In this document: piece by piece, positions 25,778 to 35,900 of the stretch
Position numbering within the stretch: position 1 is the stretch's first letter
Layout: each line of letters starts with the position of its first letter
Assembly: GCA_052148775.1 (NCBI GenBank)
Contig: JBKQHM010000804.1
Coordinates: 1,576-65,575 of the forward strand
Reading direction: 5' to 3'
DNA: 64,000 nt
Origin: Isosphaeraceae bacterium
GTDB taxonomy: Bacteria > Planctomycetota > Planctomycetia > Isosphaerales > Isosphaeraceae
Program-made: the position numbers and the translations under genes
The notes under the pieces: model-generated
What the model was told of the DNA's origin: nothing
The model's database searches: none
What the model saw: only the letters and a program-made list of their open reading frames with translations

Positions 25778-26428
25778 ATGACTCGATCCTCGCGCCTCGC
25801 CATCGCCTCGTCGTTGCTGCTGGGCGTCTGCGGCCTCGTCGGTTCGTATCACGCACCGCGGGCCCTGGGCCAGGATTCCCAGGGATTTCACTCGCTGTTC
25901 AACGGCAAGGACCTCACCGGCTGGATCACGCCGGAGGACAAGTCGCTCTTCACGGTCGAGGACGGCGAGATCGTCGGCCGGACGACCAAGGAAAAGCTCA
26001 AGAAGAACGAATTCCTGGTAACCGATAAGTCGTACGGCGACTTCGTGCTCAAGGCCAAGGTCAAGATTCGCAACGGCAACTCGGGGATCCAGTTCCGCAG
26101 CAAGCGCGCCGACGACGGCGCGGTCTCGGGCCCCCAGGCCGACGTGGCCGACGGCTACTGGGGCCTCCTCTACGAGGAACGGGGACGGGGCATCCTCGAG
26201 CGCTATCCCGAGAAGAAGGCCAACGCGCTGGTCAAGAAGGACGACTGGAACGATTTCGTGATCACTGCCAAGGGGTCGATCGTCACGATCGATTTCAACG
26301 GCACCCGGATCATCAATCGCAAAGACCCCGCGTTCGCCAAGGATGGGATCATCGCGCTGCAAATCCACGTCTGGCCGGAGCCGATGGAAGTGCGCTTCAA
26401 GGATATCGAGATCCAGGAGCTGAAGTAG
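25778..26428 (+). CDS. DUF1080 (3-keto-disaccharide hydrolase-like) secreted protein, 216 aa
   Basis: Signal peptide, then FHSLFNGKDLTGW...FTVEDGEIVG...NEFLVTDKSYGDFVLKAKVKI..GNSGIQFRS...IALQIH....VRFKDIEIQEL, the typical DUF1080 pattern. Confidence 0.85.
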   Translation: MTRSSRLAIASSLLLGVCGLVGSYHAPRALGQDSQGFHSLFNGKDLTGWITPEDKSLFTVEDGEIVGRTTKEKLKKNEFLVTDKSYGDFVLKAKVKIRNGNSGIQFRSKRADDGAVSGPQADVADGYWGLLYEERGRGILERYPEKKANALVKKDDWNDFVITAKGSIVTIDFNGTRIINRKDPAFAKDGIIALQIHVWPEPMEVRFKDIEIQELK

Positions 26429-26501
26429 CAACGGCTCGGCCCAACGGGCAGTCGACGGCCACGCAGCCTCGACAGAGCGAAGGGTCTCCCGGGCCGCCGG
26501 C

Positions 26502-27338
26502 TCAATTCGACTGGGCCACGCGGCGCCGGGCGACCTCGAAGAGGGCCTGGATCTCCTTGGACTCGTGGGCATCCGTCGCGCCGGCGAGGTACGCCCGAAG
26601 CGGGTCGAGTGCCTCGCCCGGCCGATCGGCATTGAGGCAGAGGATGCCCATGTCCTGGACCTCCCGGGGATCGAGCGGGTTCAGCGCGGTCAGCCGGCGC
26701 TGGACCGGCAGGGCCGAGGGGATGTCGTTCGCATTGAGATAGATCGCTTTCACGTTCCGGAGCATCCGCGTGGCGATCACGGCGATGGAGCACGCCGACG
26801 CCATGTCATCGGTCAGGTCCAGCGGCTGCTGGAGGATGTCCGAAAGCTTGCGCTCGCAAGCCTCGCGACTCATCGCATTCCCCGCGTTGTAGGCGTCGAC
26901 GAACCACGTCTGATTCTCGTCGTCGACCCGCAGCATGAAATGCCCTGGCAGGTTGACTCCGGCCATCGACAGGCCCAGCGGCTCCGCCACCGCCTGGTAG
27001 AGCACCGACAGGGTGATCGGGATCCCCAGCCGTCGGTCGAGCACCTCGTTGAGATAGCTATTCCGCGGGTCGTAATAGTCCTCGCCGTTCCCCCGCATCT
27101 CCTCCTCGACGTACAGGACCCAGTTGATCTGCCCGAGGATCTCGCGGACCCTCGCCCCGAGGGGGCATCGGAGACGGACCCGGTCGGCGAGTTGCCGGAT
27201 CCGCGCCAGGTAGGACTCGACCTCGAGGTCCGGATAGGCGTCGCGCGCGATCTCCAGGGCGATCCGCGCCAGGTGCACGGGATCCTCGCCGGCCAGCAAT
27301 CGCTGGAATTCGGGGCTATCAGCAAAGGGAGAGCGCAT
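26502..27338 (-). CDS. SirB1-like transglutaminase-fold + TPR protein, 278 aa
   Basis: ATG at 27338 (MRSPFADSPEFQRLL...). INWVLYVEEEMRGNGEDYYDPRNSYLNEVLDRRLGIPITLSVLYQAVAEPLGL...GVNLPGHFMLRV is the UPF0162/SirB1 N-terminal pattern, followed by a TPR-like C-terminus. Confidence 0.75.
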   Translation of the reverse strand: MRSPFADSPEFQRLLAGEDPVHLARIALEIARDAYPDLEVESYLARIRQLADRVRLRCPLGARVREILGQINWVLYVEEEMRGNGEDYYDPRNSYLNEVLDRRLGIPITLSVLYQAVAEPLGLSMAGVNLPGHFMLRVDDENQTWFVDAYNAGNAMSREACERKLSDILQQPLDLTDDMASACSIAVIATRMLRNVKAIYLNANDIPSALPVQRRLTALNPLDPREVQDMGILCLNADRPGEALDPLRAYLAGATDAHESKEIQALFEVARRRVAQSN

Positions 27339-27613
27339 GCGAGGGACCTCCGGTCTTCGTCGCACTCGACGCGAACGAATGGATGCTCGGGCGGGGTCTT
27401 CTCTCGACCGATCGGGGAGATTCCTGGGCAGTCCCGCGCGATCGGGTGCTGTCGACACTCGATTTGGGGCACTGGGTCGGATAGTGTGTGAGTGCGGTTT
27501 TTCCCACGGATCGAGATCGCCGGACGGAGCCGGCTCCTGCATGAGACCGCTGTAGGAGGGGACCGTGGTCCCCGGTCGTCCGCTTGATCCCGACGAGCGA
27601 GGGACTCCCGGCG

Positions 27614-30600
27614 ATGTCGTCCATTTTCAACTTGGTTGTCTTGGTCTTGCCCGTACTGGGCCAGCAGGCTCCCGATCAGGGTGTCGCGTTGCAGACGGTC
27701 GCCGAGCGGAGCGGCTATCGTGCCACCGCGCGGTATGATGACATCATGGCATGGTGCCGGGAGTTCGCCAAGGCCACGTCGAACGCCCACCTCACCGAAC
27801 TGGGTCGGACGTCGGAGGGGCGATCGCTCCCCTTGTTAATCGTCGCCGATCCGCCCGTACGGACGCCCGCCGAGGCCGCGCGATCCGGTAAACTGGTCTG
27901 CTTCGTGATCGGCAACATCCATGCCGGTGAAGTTTGCGGCAAGGAAGCCCTGCCGATCCTGCTCCGCGAGGTGTTCGCCGGCCCACATCCCCCCTTGTTG
28001 AAGGACATCATCCTCGCCGTGGCGCCGATCTACAACGCCGACGGCAACGAGCGCGTCTCGAAGACGAACCGCCCCGGCCAGGTCGGGCCCGAGGAGGGCA
28101 TGGGCCAGCGCGCCAACGCGCGGGGCCTCGATCTTAACCGCGACTTCGTCAAGCTGGAAGCGCCCGAGACGCGAGGACTCGTCAAATTCCTCAACGGGTG
28201 GAATCCCCATCTCTTCATCGACACCCACACGACCAACGGCTCGTATCATCGCTACACGATCACCTATGAGGGCCCGAAGAATCCGGCCGGCGACCCCAAG
28301 GTCATCGGATTCATGCGCCAGACGTTCTTCCCCGAGGTCACGAAGAACTTCGAGAAGCGGACCGCGCTCAAGGCGTTCTACTACGGGAACTTCGACCGCG
28401 ACCACGCCCGATGGACGAGCTATCCGGCCGAGCCCCGGTACGGCACGACCTACGTGGGCCTGAGGAACCGGCTGTCAGTCCTCTCCGAGGCGTATAGCTA
28501 TGCCCCCTACAAGACGCGCGTGCTGGCGACGCGCGACTTTGTGCTCGGCTGCCTGGAGATCGCCGCGGGCCGTAAGGCCGAGATCGTCAAGTTGCTGGCC
28601 CCGGCGCGTCGGGCCGGCGCGGCCGCCCAGGAGCCCGATCAGGTGTCGATCCGGTCGCGGGTCAAGCCATCGAAAGAGCCGGTGACGGTCCTCGGCTACG
28701 AAGAAAGCCGGGACGCGAATAACCGCCGGATCAAGAGCGACGTGACCAAGGACTACAAGGTCAAGCTGGAAAACGAGTTCGAGGCCGCCGAATCGGTCGC
28801 CCGCCCGTTCGCCTACCTGATCCCGCCGGGATTCGGCGAGGCCGTGGCGGTCCTCCAGCGGCACGGCCTGGAAGTCCAGGAGCTCCGCGAGGAGGTCGAG
28901 CTCGACATCGAGACTTACAAGATCGACGCGATCGAGAAATCACCGCGGCGGTTCGAGGGCCATCAGGCCGTCGAGTTGAAAGTCAGTGGCCAGAAGGCGG
29001 CGCGGCTCGTGCCGGCGGGCACCCTGGTGGTGAGGACGGCCCAACCGCTGGGCACGCTGGCCGTCGGCCTGCTCGAACCCCGATCGGAGGACGGCCTCGC
29101 CACCTGGAACTTCTTCGACTCCGGATTGAAAGCCGGTGGGGAATTCCCGGTGGTCCGGCTGCCCAAGCCCGCCCCGCTCTTCACGACCGGCGCCGCGCCG
29201 CTCGCCGAGAACCAGGGTCCGCCGCAGCCGATCACGCTCGCGTCCGCCGGGGGCGGCGGCGGCCGAGGCCGGGGTGGCTTCGGATTCGGCGGCCAGGCGC
29301 GCTGGCTCGACGGCGAACACTGGCTCCAGACCCGCGAGGGACGGCTCCTCAAGTTCGACGCCCGGACCGGCCGCTCCCAGCCGTTCGTCGACGCCAAGGT
29401 CCTGGCCAAGGCGCTGGCCCGCATCCCGTCGATCGATGCCGAAACCGCCGAGTCGATCGCCGGCCAGACCACCTTCGACATGGACCCGGCCAAGAAGGGC
29501 TTCCTGTTCGTCCACGACCAGGATCTGTACTACGCCACGTTCGACGGCTCGACGGCCGTTCGCCTGACGAGCCAGCCCGGCCGCGAGCAATGGCCCCAGT
29601 TCAGCCCGGACGGCAAGCACGTCGCGTTCGTCCGCGACTTCGACCTGTACGCGGTCGACATCGCCACCCAGGCAGAGCGTCGGCTGACCACCGGCGGTCG
29701 CGAAGACCTGCGCCACGGGCAGGCGGACTGGGTCTACTTCGAGGAGATCTGGAACCGGCGCTGGCCGTCCTTCTGGTGGAGCCCCGATTCGAAGAAGCTC
29801 GCCTTCATGGAGTTCGACGACGCGGGCGTCCCCTACCACATGGTCCTCGACGACGCGTCGAGCGCGTCGGCCCGGAACGTCGAGCTGACGCACTATCCCC
29901 GCTCTGGCGAGGCCAACCCGAAGGTCCGGCTCGGCATCGTGTCCGGGATGGGCGGCGCGGTGCAGTGGGCGGACCTCTCCGACTACTCGCCGAGTGCATC
30001 GCTGATCAGCGAGGTGGGCTGGTGGCCGGATAGCTCGGCCGCGTACTGCTACGTGCAGGATCGCGCACAGACCTGGCTCGACCTGGTCAAGGTGACGCCC
30101 GAATCATCCTCGGCGGGGTCGGGAGACCCGCGCCGAGCGCTGGCGCCGACAAAGCGCCTGTTCCGCGACGCGACCAAGGCCTGGATCGACAGCCCCGGCC
30201 TGATCCACGCCTACAAGGACGGGACGTTCCTCTGGCTGAGCGAGCGCGATGGCTACAAGCACATTTACCAGTATGCCTCCGACGGCACGCTCAAGGCCCA
30301 GCTCACGTCGGGCCCCTGGGAGGTCCGTCGGCTGGATCACGTCGACCTCAAGAACGGCTGGATCTACTTCACGGGCACCCGCGAGGCGCCGATGTCGACC
30401 GACTTCTACCGCGTCAGGCCGGGCAGCCCGGTCGAGCGGCTCACGCAGTCGCCCGGCACGCACACCGCGAATATGAGCCCGGACGGATCGCTCTTCCTGT
30501 CCAGTCGGTCCGACATCCGCACCCCGGACCGCATCGCCCTCTACACTTCCGACGGCAAGCTGGTCCGGACGATCGACTCGAACCCGTCGCACGAGCTGAA

Positions 30601-31495
30601 GCGGATGCGATTCGGCCCGCACGAGCGGTTCCAGATCCGCGCCCGCGACGGCTTCCTGCTCGAGGCCGAGTTAATCCTGCCGACCGAGCTCGTGCCGGGC
30701 AAGAAATATCCGGTCTGGTTCACGACCTACGGCGGCCCGCACACGGCGACGATCTCCGACGGCTGGTCGGGCGGCCGGATGCGCGACCACGCGATGGCCC
30801 ACGAGGGACTCGTCATCTTCCACATGGACCCGAGGAGCGCCAGCACCAAGGGGGCCGTCTCCGCCTGGAAGGCTTACAAGCACCTCGGCGTCCAAGAGAC
30901 CGAAGATATCACGGACGCGATCAACTGGCTCAAGCAGAAGCCCTACGTTGATGGCTCGCGGATCGGCATGAGCGGCCACAGCTACGGCGGGTATATCACG
31001 TCGTACGCCATGACCCACACCAACCTGTTCGCCGCCGGGATCGCCGGCGCTCCGGTGACCGACTGGCGCGACTATGACTCGATCTACACCGAGCGGTTCA
31101 TGGGATTGCCCCAGGACAACCCGGAGGGTTACAACGTCTCGTCGGTCGTCAAGGCCGCCGGCAAGTTGCACGGCAAGTTGCTGATCCTGCACGGGGCGAT
31201 CGACGACAACGTCTCGCTACGGAACACCATGCGGCTGGTCCAGGCCCTCCAACTCGCGAACAAGGACTTCGAGCTGATGATCTACCCGTCGTCGCGCCAC
31301 GGCATCGGCGGCGCGCATTACCAGCGGATCCAGCAAGACTTCATCCGGCGCACCCTGCTGACGCCCAAGTCCGAGAAGGAGAAGACCGGATCGCCCGGCG
31401 ACATCGCCGCGCCCTCGACGCCTCCCGAGGGGAACCCCGCCCAACCGGACGCGCGGCCTCGGGCCCGTCGCCGCGCCGGGGCATCGTCAGAGTGA
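27614..31495 (+). CDS. fusion protein: M14 zinc carboxypeptidase-like domain + DPP-IV-type (S9B) serine peptidase, 1293 aa
   Basis: N-terminal half: ERSGYRATARYDDIMAWC...SEGRSLPLLIV...GNIHAGE (HxxE zinc motif)...FIDTHTTNGS. Gly/Arg/Phe-rich linker AGGGGGRGRGGFGFGG (about 29245-29292). C-terminal half: DWVYFEEIW (DPP-IV propeller motif), GMSGHSYGGY (Ser nucleophile), LHGAIDDNV (Asp), SSRHGI (His). Confidence 0.85.
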   Translation: MSSIFNLVVLVLPVLGQQAPDQGVALQTVAERSGYRATARYDDIMAWCREFAKATSNAHLTELGRTSEGRSLPLLIVADPPVRTPAEAARSGKLVCFVIGNIHAGEVCGKEALPILLREVFAGPHPPLLKDIILAVAPIYNADGNERVSKTNRPGQVGPEEGMGQRANARGLDLNRDFVKLEAPETRGLVKFLNGWNPHLFIDTHTTNGSYHRYTITYEGPKNPAGDPKVIGFMRQTFFPEVTKNFEKRTALKAFYYGNFDRDHARWTSYPAEPRYGTTYVGLRNRLSVLSEAYSYAPYKTRVLATRDFVLGCLEIAAGRKAEIVKLLAPARRAGAAAQEPDQVSIRSRVKPSKEPVTVLGYEESRDANNRRIKSDVTKDYKVKLENEFEAAESVARPFAYLIPPGFGEAVAVLQRHGLEVQELREEVELDIETYKIDAIEKSPRRFEGHQAVELKVSGQKAARLVPAGTLVVRTAQPLGTLAVGLLEPRSEDGLATWNFFDSGLKAGGEFPVVRLPKPAPLFTTGAAPLAENQGPPQPITLASAGGGGGRGRGGFGFGGQARWLDGEHWLQTREGRLLKFDARTGRSQPFVDAKVLAKALARIPSIDAETAESIAGQTTFDMDPAKKGFLFVHDQDLYYATFDGSTAVRLTSQPGREQWPQFSPDGKHVAFVRDFDLYAVDIATQAERRLTTGGREDLRHGQADWVYFEEIWNRRWPSFWWSPDSKKLAFMEFDDAGVPYHMVLDDASSASARNVELTHYPRSGEANPKVRLGIVSGMGGAVQWADLSDYSPSASLISEVGWWPDSSAAYCYVQDRAQTWLDLVKVTPESSSAGSGDPRRALAPTKRLFRDATKAWIDSPGLIHAYKDGTFLWLSERDGYKHIYQYASDGTLKAQLTSGPWEVRRLDHVDLKNGWIYFTGTREAPMSTDFYRVRPGSPVERLTQSPGTHTANMSPDGSLFLSSRSDIRTPDRIALYTSDGKLVRTIDSNPSHELKRMRFGPHERFQIRARDGFLLEAELILPTELVPGKKYPVWFTTYGGPHTATISDGWSGGRMRDHAMAHEGLVIFHMDPRSASTKGAVSAWKAYKHLGVQETEDITDAINWLKQKPYVDGSRIGMSGHSYGGYITSYAMTHTNLFAAGIAGAPVTDWRDYDSIYTERFMGLPQDNPEGYNVSSVVKAAGKLHGKLLILHGAIDDNVSLRNTMRLVQALQLANKDFELMIYPSSRHGIGGAHYQRIQQDFIRRTLLTPKSEKEKTGSPGDIAAPSTPPEGNPAQPDARPRARRRAGASSE

Positions 31496-31683
31496 GAAGG
31501 CATGGCTCATGGAGACGGGATGGTGACAGGGCGTTGGGCGCGGGTCTCATGACCCCGCCCGAGTGCGAACGCAGGTATTCCGACGGCTTAGGAGACCTGC
31601 GGTCGGTCCGGTGGCAAGGTCAGGAGACCTTGCCACAACACTCCTCGATCGCGAGAACCCCCGGGATCGCCAGGAATCTCCCC

Positions 31684-32544
31684 ATGCCGTTGCCCTTCGA
31701 CGCGACACTGAAGGACCTTGCCCGCCGCCATCCCGAAGACGACGTCTCGTCCTTTCGCCTGGGCGATGCGTCGGACATCCGCGCCTTGAACGTGGACCTC
31801 TCGGTGATCTCCGCGGCCACCGACGTGGTCCTCGGCCATGGCGACCCGATCAAATCGGTCCTCGACCTGAACTTCCAGACCGGCTCCGATCCGGACCTGG
31901 CCGACCGGATCTGCCTGTACAACGCGGCGCTTTGCTATCGTTTCCACGTCCCCGTCCACAGCGTGGCGATCCTCTTGCGTCCCAAGGCCGAGCACCCGAA
32001 TCTCACGGGTCGACTGACCTATTCGGCCCAGCCCCGGCGCGGCAAAATGGATTTCCGCTACGAGGTGATCCGGATCTGGGAGATACCGGCGAAGCGTCTG
32101 CTCCGATGCGGGCCGGGCGTGCTGCCGCTGAGCGTGCTCGGCGCCTTGCCGCCGGGAGTCACCATGGAGGACGGCGTCGCCGAGGTGGTCGCCAAGCTGT
32201 GCCGGCGCGTGGAACGGACCTACGACCGGGAAGAGGCCAATCACCTCATCACCTCGACCCTGATCCTGTCCGGACTGAGACTGGATCGAGTACTCGCCGT
32301 TAACATGTTCCGGAGGTATCGAGCCGTGGAAGATTCAACGACCTATCAGTACATCATCGAACAGGGCGAAATTAAGAACATGCGGAGAATGTTGCTCAAG
32401 CGAGGAGCTAGACTGCTCGGTGCACCAACCGAGGCGGTGAGGGCCGCGATCCAGGAGCTGGAGGATCTTCCTCGCCTCGAGCGCATGATGGACTGCGCTT
32501 TAGACTCTGCAACCTCCTGGAACGACGTGCTAGAGACAACCTAA
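31684..32544 (+). CDS. Rpn-like PD-(D/E)XK family protein with C-terminal DUF4351 domain, 286 aa
   Basis: ATG at 31684 (MPLPFDATLKDLARRHPEDD...). ...ATDVVLGHGD...VLDLNFQTGSDPDLADRICLYN... then C-terminus EDSTTYQYIIEQGE...LGAPTEAVRAAIQELEDLPRLERMMDCALDSATSWNDVL (DUF4351-type). Confidence 0.7.
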   Translation: MPLPFDATLKDLARRHPEDDVSSFRLGDASDIRALNVDLSVISAATDVVLGHGDPIKSVLDLNFQTGSDPDLADRICLYNAALCYRFHVPVHSVAILLRPKAEHPNLTGRLTYSAQPRRGKMDFRYEVIRIWEIPAKRLLRCGPGVLPLSVLGALPPGVTMEDGVAEVVAKLCRRVERTYDREEANHLITSTLILSGLRLDRVLAVNMFRRYRAVEDSTTYQYIIEQGEIKNMRRMLLKRGARLLGAPTEAVRAAIQELEDLPRLERMMDCALDSATSWNDVLETT

Positions 32545-32618
32545 GCGGCTCTTGCGATCCAAATGTTGCACTTATCTGCGGAAAACTACGGGGGTTCTTG
32601 ATCCGGGGGTTTTGAGCC

Positions 32619-32837
32619 ATGGAAGATTCAACGACCTACCAGTACATCCTCGAGCAAGGAGCCATCAGGGAGGCGAAGTGGTTCCTGCTTGAGATTGGTA
32701 AGGCCAAACTCGGCGCGCCAACCGAGACGGTTGAGGCGACCATCAAGCAGTTGGAGGATCTGTCACGCCTCGAGCGCATGGTCGACTGCACACTCGACAC
32801 CGCCACCTCCTGGGACGAGATCCTCGACACACCTTGA
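32619..32837 (+). CDS. stand-alone DUF4351 minigene (duplicate of the 3' module of the preceding gene), 72 aa
   Basis: MEDSTTYQYILEQGAIREAKWFLLEIGKAKLGAPTETVEATIKQLEDLSRLERMVDCTLDTATSWDEILDTP. It is collinear with the last ~73 aa of the 31684..32544 product, with blocks of nucleotide identity (gaagattcaacgaccta.cagtacatc; ctcgagcgcatg). Confidence 0.6.
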   Translation: MEDSTTYQYILEQGAIREAKWFLLEIGKAKLGAPTETVEATIKQLEDLSRLERMVDCTLDTATSWDEILDTP

Positions 32838-32941
32838 ACCTCTCGACTAAGAATGGCGCCTCGGGATCGTTATACTGACGGGGTCCCATCTTCAACGCCT
32901 CCGGGATCGCCGGGGGGTAGCTCGAATCGAGCGAGGCTGCC

Positions 32942-35900
32942 ATGGAAGTTCTCCGCCTGGTCGTCATCGGATTGGTATCTTGCACGCTGTTAGCCGTCGG
33001 GGTTGCCCTGGGCTACCAGGCCGAGGAACCCGGCGGCCGTGAACGCTTCGACAAGCTGTTCGCGCAGGGGAACTTCAAGGACGCCTACGAGGGTTATCGG
33101 GGCCTTGCCCTCGACCCGAAGGCCGATCCCCATCGCGTCGGGGCCGATCTGGGGCGCGCGGTCGAGTGCCTCAATAAGCTCGGGCGGTTCGATGAGGTCG
33201 ACGCCTTCCGCGAGGCGGTCGTCGCCGTCCATCCGGGGAACTGGCGGCTGCTCCAGGCGGCGGCCGAGAGCTACCTGGGCGATGCTCAACACTTCGGCTT
33301 CATCGTCGCGGGCAAGTTCCACCGCGGCTGGCATCGTGGGGGCGGCCGATACGTCGGCTCGTACGAGCGCGATCGATCCCGCGCCTTGCAGCTCCTGGTT
33401 GGAGGGTTGGGTCCTGCGCAGGCCGACCCCGATCGCGCCGCGGTGGGCCGTTTCTGGCTCAAGCTCGCCGAGGCCCTCCTCGGCGACCGCGCCCAGAACA
33501 AAGCCTGGAGGCTCCAGAACCTCACGCCGCTCGACGTCCTGGCCGACCACGAGGAGGGCGGTTACGGTTACTTCGGCGGCCTGGAATCCGGGGCACCCGT
33601 CGAGCCCGACGGCACGCCCGTCTATTATCGAATCCCCGAGGGCTTCGATCAGGCCAGGAACGACGGCCAGCGCTGGCGGTGGGCACTCGCCCGGGCTGTC
33701 GCAGCGGATTCGGGCCTGCTCAACACGGTACGCCTGGCTTTGTCCGGATTCTGCCTCAGCCAATTCGGGACACAGACCCTGATCGGAGCGGCGTACCACG
33801 GCAGACCCGCCAGCGACCTTCCCGAATCCTCCGGCCCCTATGCACTGGACACCCTGAAGGACGAGGAGACGATCGCCCGGTTGGCGACCGGCATCAAGCG
33901 GTTCACGCTCCCCGATGAATTCAACCCCATCAAGATCGACCTGGCGATCGCCGACGAGCCGTTGCGCGGGCACGGCGAAGAGGCGCTGACCGCCCTGACA
34001 AACATTTTCGAGAACCGTCGCCAGTTCGACCGGGCCGCCGACTACCTGAAGCGAAACCGAGCCACCTACGGCGATGAGGGCGGCTGGAAGGCCAAGCACC
34101 TCGATCAGATCCTGGGCGCATGGGGTGGATTCGAGGGACTGAGACCTCAGGCACACGGCCGGGGGGCCGCGGTCGACTTCCGTTTTCGGAATGGTTCTGG
34201 CGTCCACTTCGAAGCGCACGAGATCTTCTTCGACAAGCTCCTGAAGGACGTCAAGGACTACATCTCATCCGGACCCAGGCAGATCGACTGGCAGAAAGCC
34301 AACATCAATGACATCGGTTCCCGGCTGGTCGATCAGAACGAGCAACAGTACGTGGGCCGTCTCGTCGCGCAGTGGGACCTGGGTCTCGAGCCGCTCCCTG
34401 GCCACCTCGACCGGCGGATGACCGTGACGACGCCACTCCAGAACGCCGGTGCTTATCTGGTCACCGCCCGCATGGAGAAGGGGAACACGAGTCGAATCGT
34501 GATCTGGGTCGATGACACGGTCCTCGTCAAGAAGACCCTCGCCGACAAGGCGTACTACTTCGTCGCCGATACCCGCACCGGCCAGCCGGTCCCACGGGCC
34601 GACGTCGCCCTCTTCGGCTGGCGACAGGTGCAAGTCAATGGCAAGAACGAGTTCCGGGTCGAGACGAAGTCGATGGCGCTCAAGGCCGATGATGAGGGCC
34701 AACTCCAGGTACCGCTCGCCGATCTGAGTGCCCCGAGGGATTATTTTCAATGGCTTGTCACGGCGGCGACGACCGAGGGCCGACGCGCCCACCTGGGCTT
34801 CACGAACATCTGGTTCATCGGTCAGCAGGCCCCTGCCTATGACCAGGTGAAGGTCTACACGATCACCGACCGGCCGGTCTATCGCCCCGGTTCCCCGGTC
34901 CGGTTCAAGTTCTGGGTCGCCCGCGCCCGATACGACCAGGCCCGGCGACAGTCGGATATCGCGGAGTTCCTCGGGAGCAACTTGACCATGGTCGAGATCC
35001 ACAATCCCAAGGGGGAGACGGTCTTCACCGGGCGTTTCAAGCCCGATGCCTTCGGCGGGTTCGACGGCTCGTTCGAACTCCCCTCCGACGCGATGCTCGG
35101 GGTCTATCAGGTCTTCATCCCCGAGCGGGGCGGCGGCTCGTTCCGGGTCGAGGAGTACAAGAAGCCCGAGTTCGAAGTCACCGTCGAGGCGCCGAAGACG
35201 CCGGTGATGCTCGGCGAGAAGATTTCGGCGACCATCAACGCGAAGTACTACTTCGGCGGCCCCGTCGCCGAGGCGAAGGTCAAGTACAAGATCCTCCGCT
35301 CGACGGCCGACGCCCGATGGTATCCCGCCGCGCGCTGGGACTGGCTGTTCGGCTCGGGCTACTGGTGGTTCGCCTCCGATTCGCCGTGGTATCCCGGCTG
35401 GTCGCGCTGGGGCATGCTCCGGCCCGTGTTCTGGTGGTGGGCCGGCCCGCAGGCTCCTCCCGAAGTGGTGGCCGCGGCCGAATTGCCGGTCCGGCCCGAC
35501 GGCACGCTCCCCATCGAGATCGATACCGCGATCGCCAGGACGGCCCATCCGGACCAGGACCAGCGGTACGAGATCACGGCCGAGATCACCGACCAGTCGC
35601 GCCGGACGATCGTCGGCACGGGGACCGTGCTGGTCGCCCGCAAGCCCTTCAGCGTCTATACCTGGGTCGATCGCGGCCACTACCGCGCGGGCGACACGAT
35701 TGAGGCCGAAGTCCGCGCGCAGACGCTCGCCCATAAGCCGGTCGCCGGCAAGGGGACGCTCAGGCTGCTCAAGATCGCTTATGATGCCGACCGCAAGCCG
35801 GTCGAGACGCCCGTCGAGAGCTGGGACCTGACACTCGACGCCGACGGCCAAGCTCATCAATCGATCAAGGCATCGGCCCCGGGCCAGTACCGGCTCGCGT

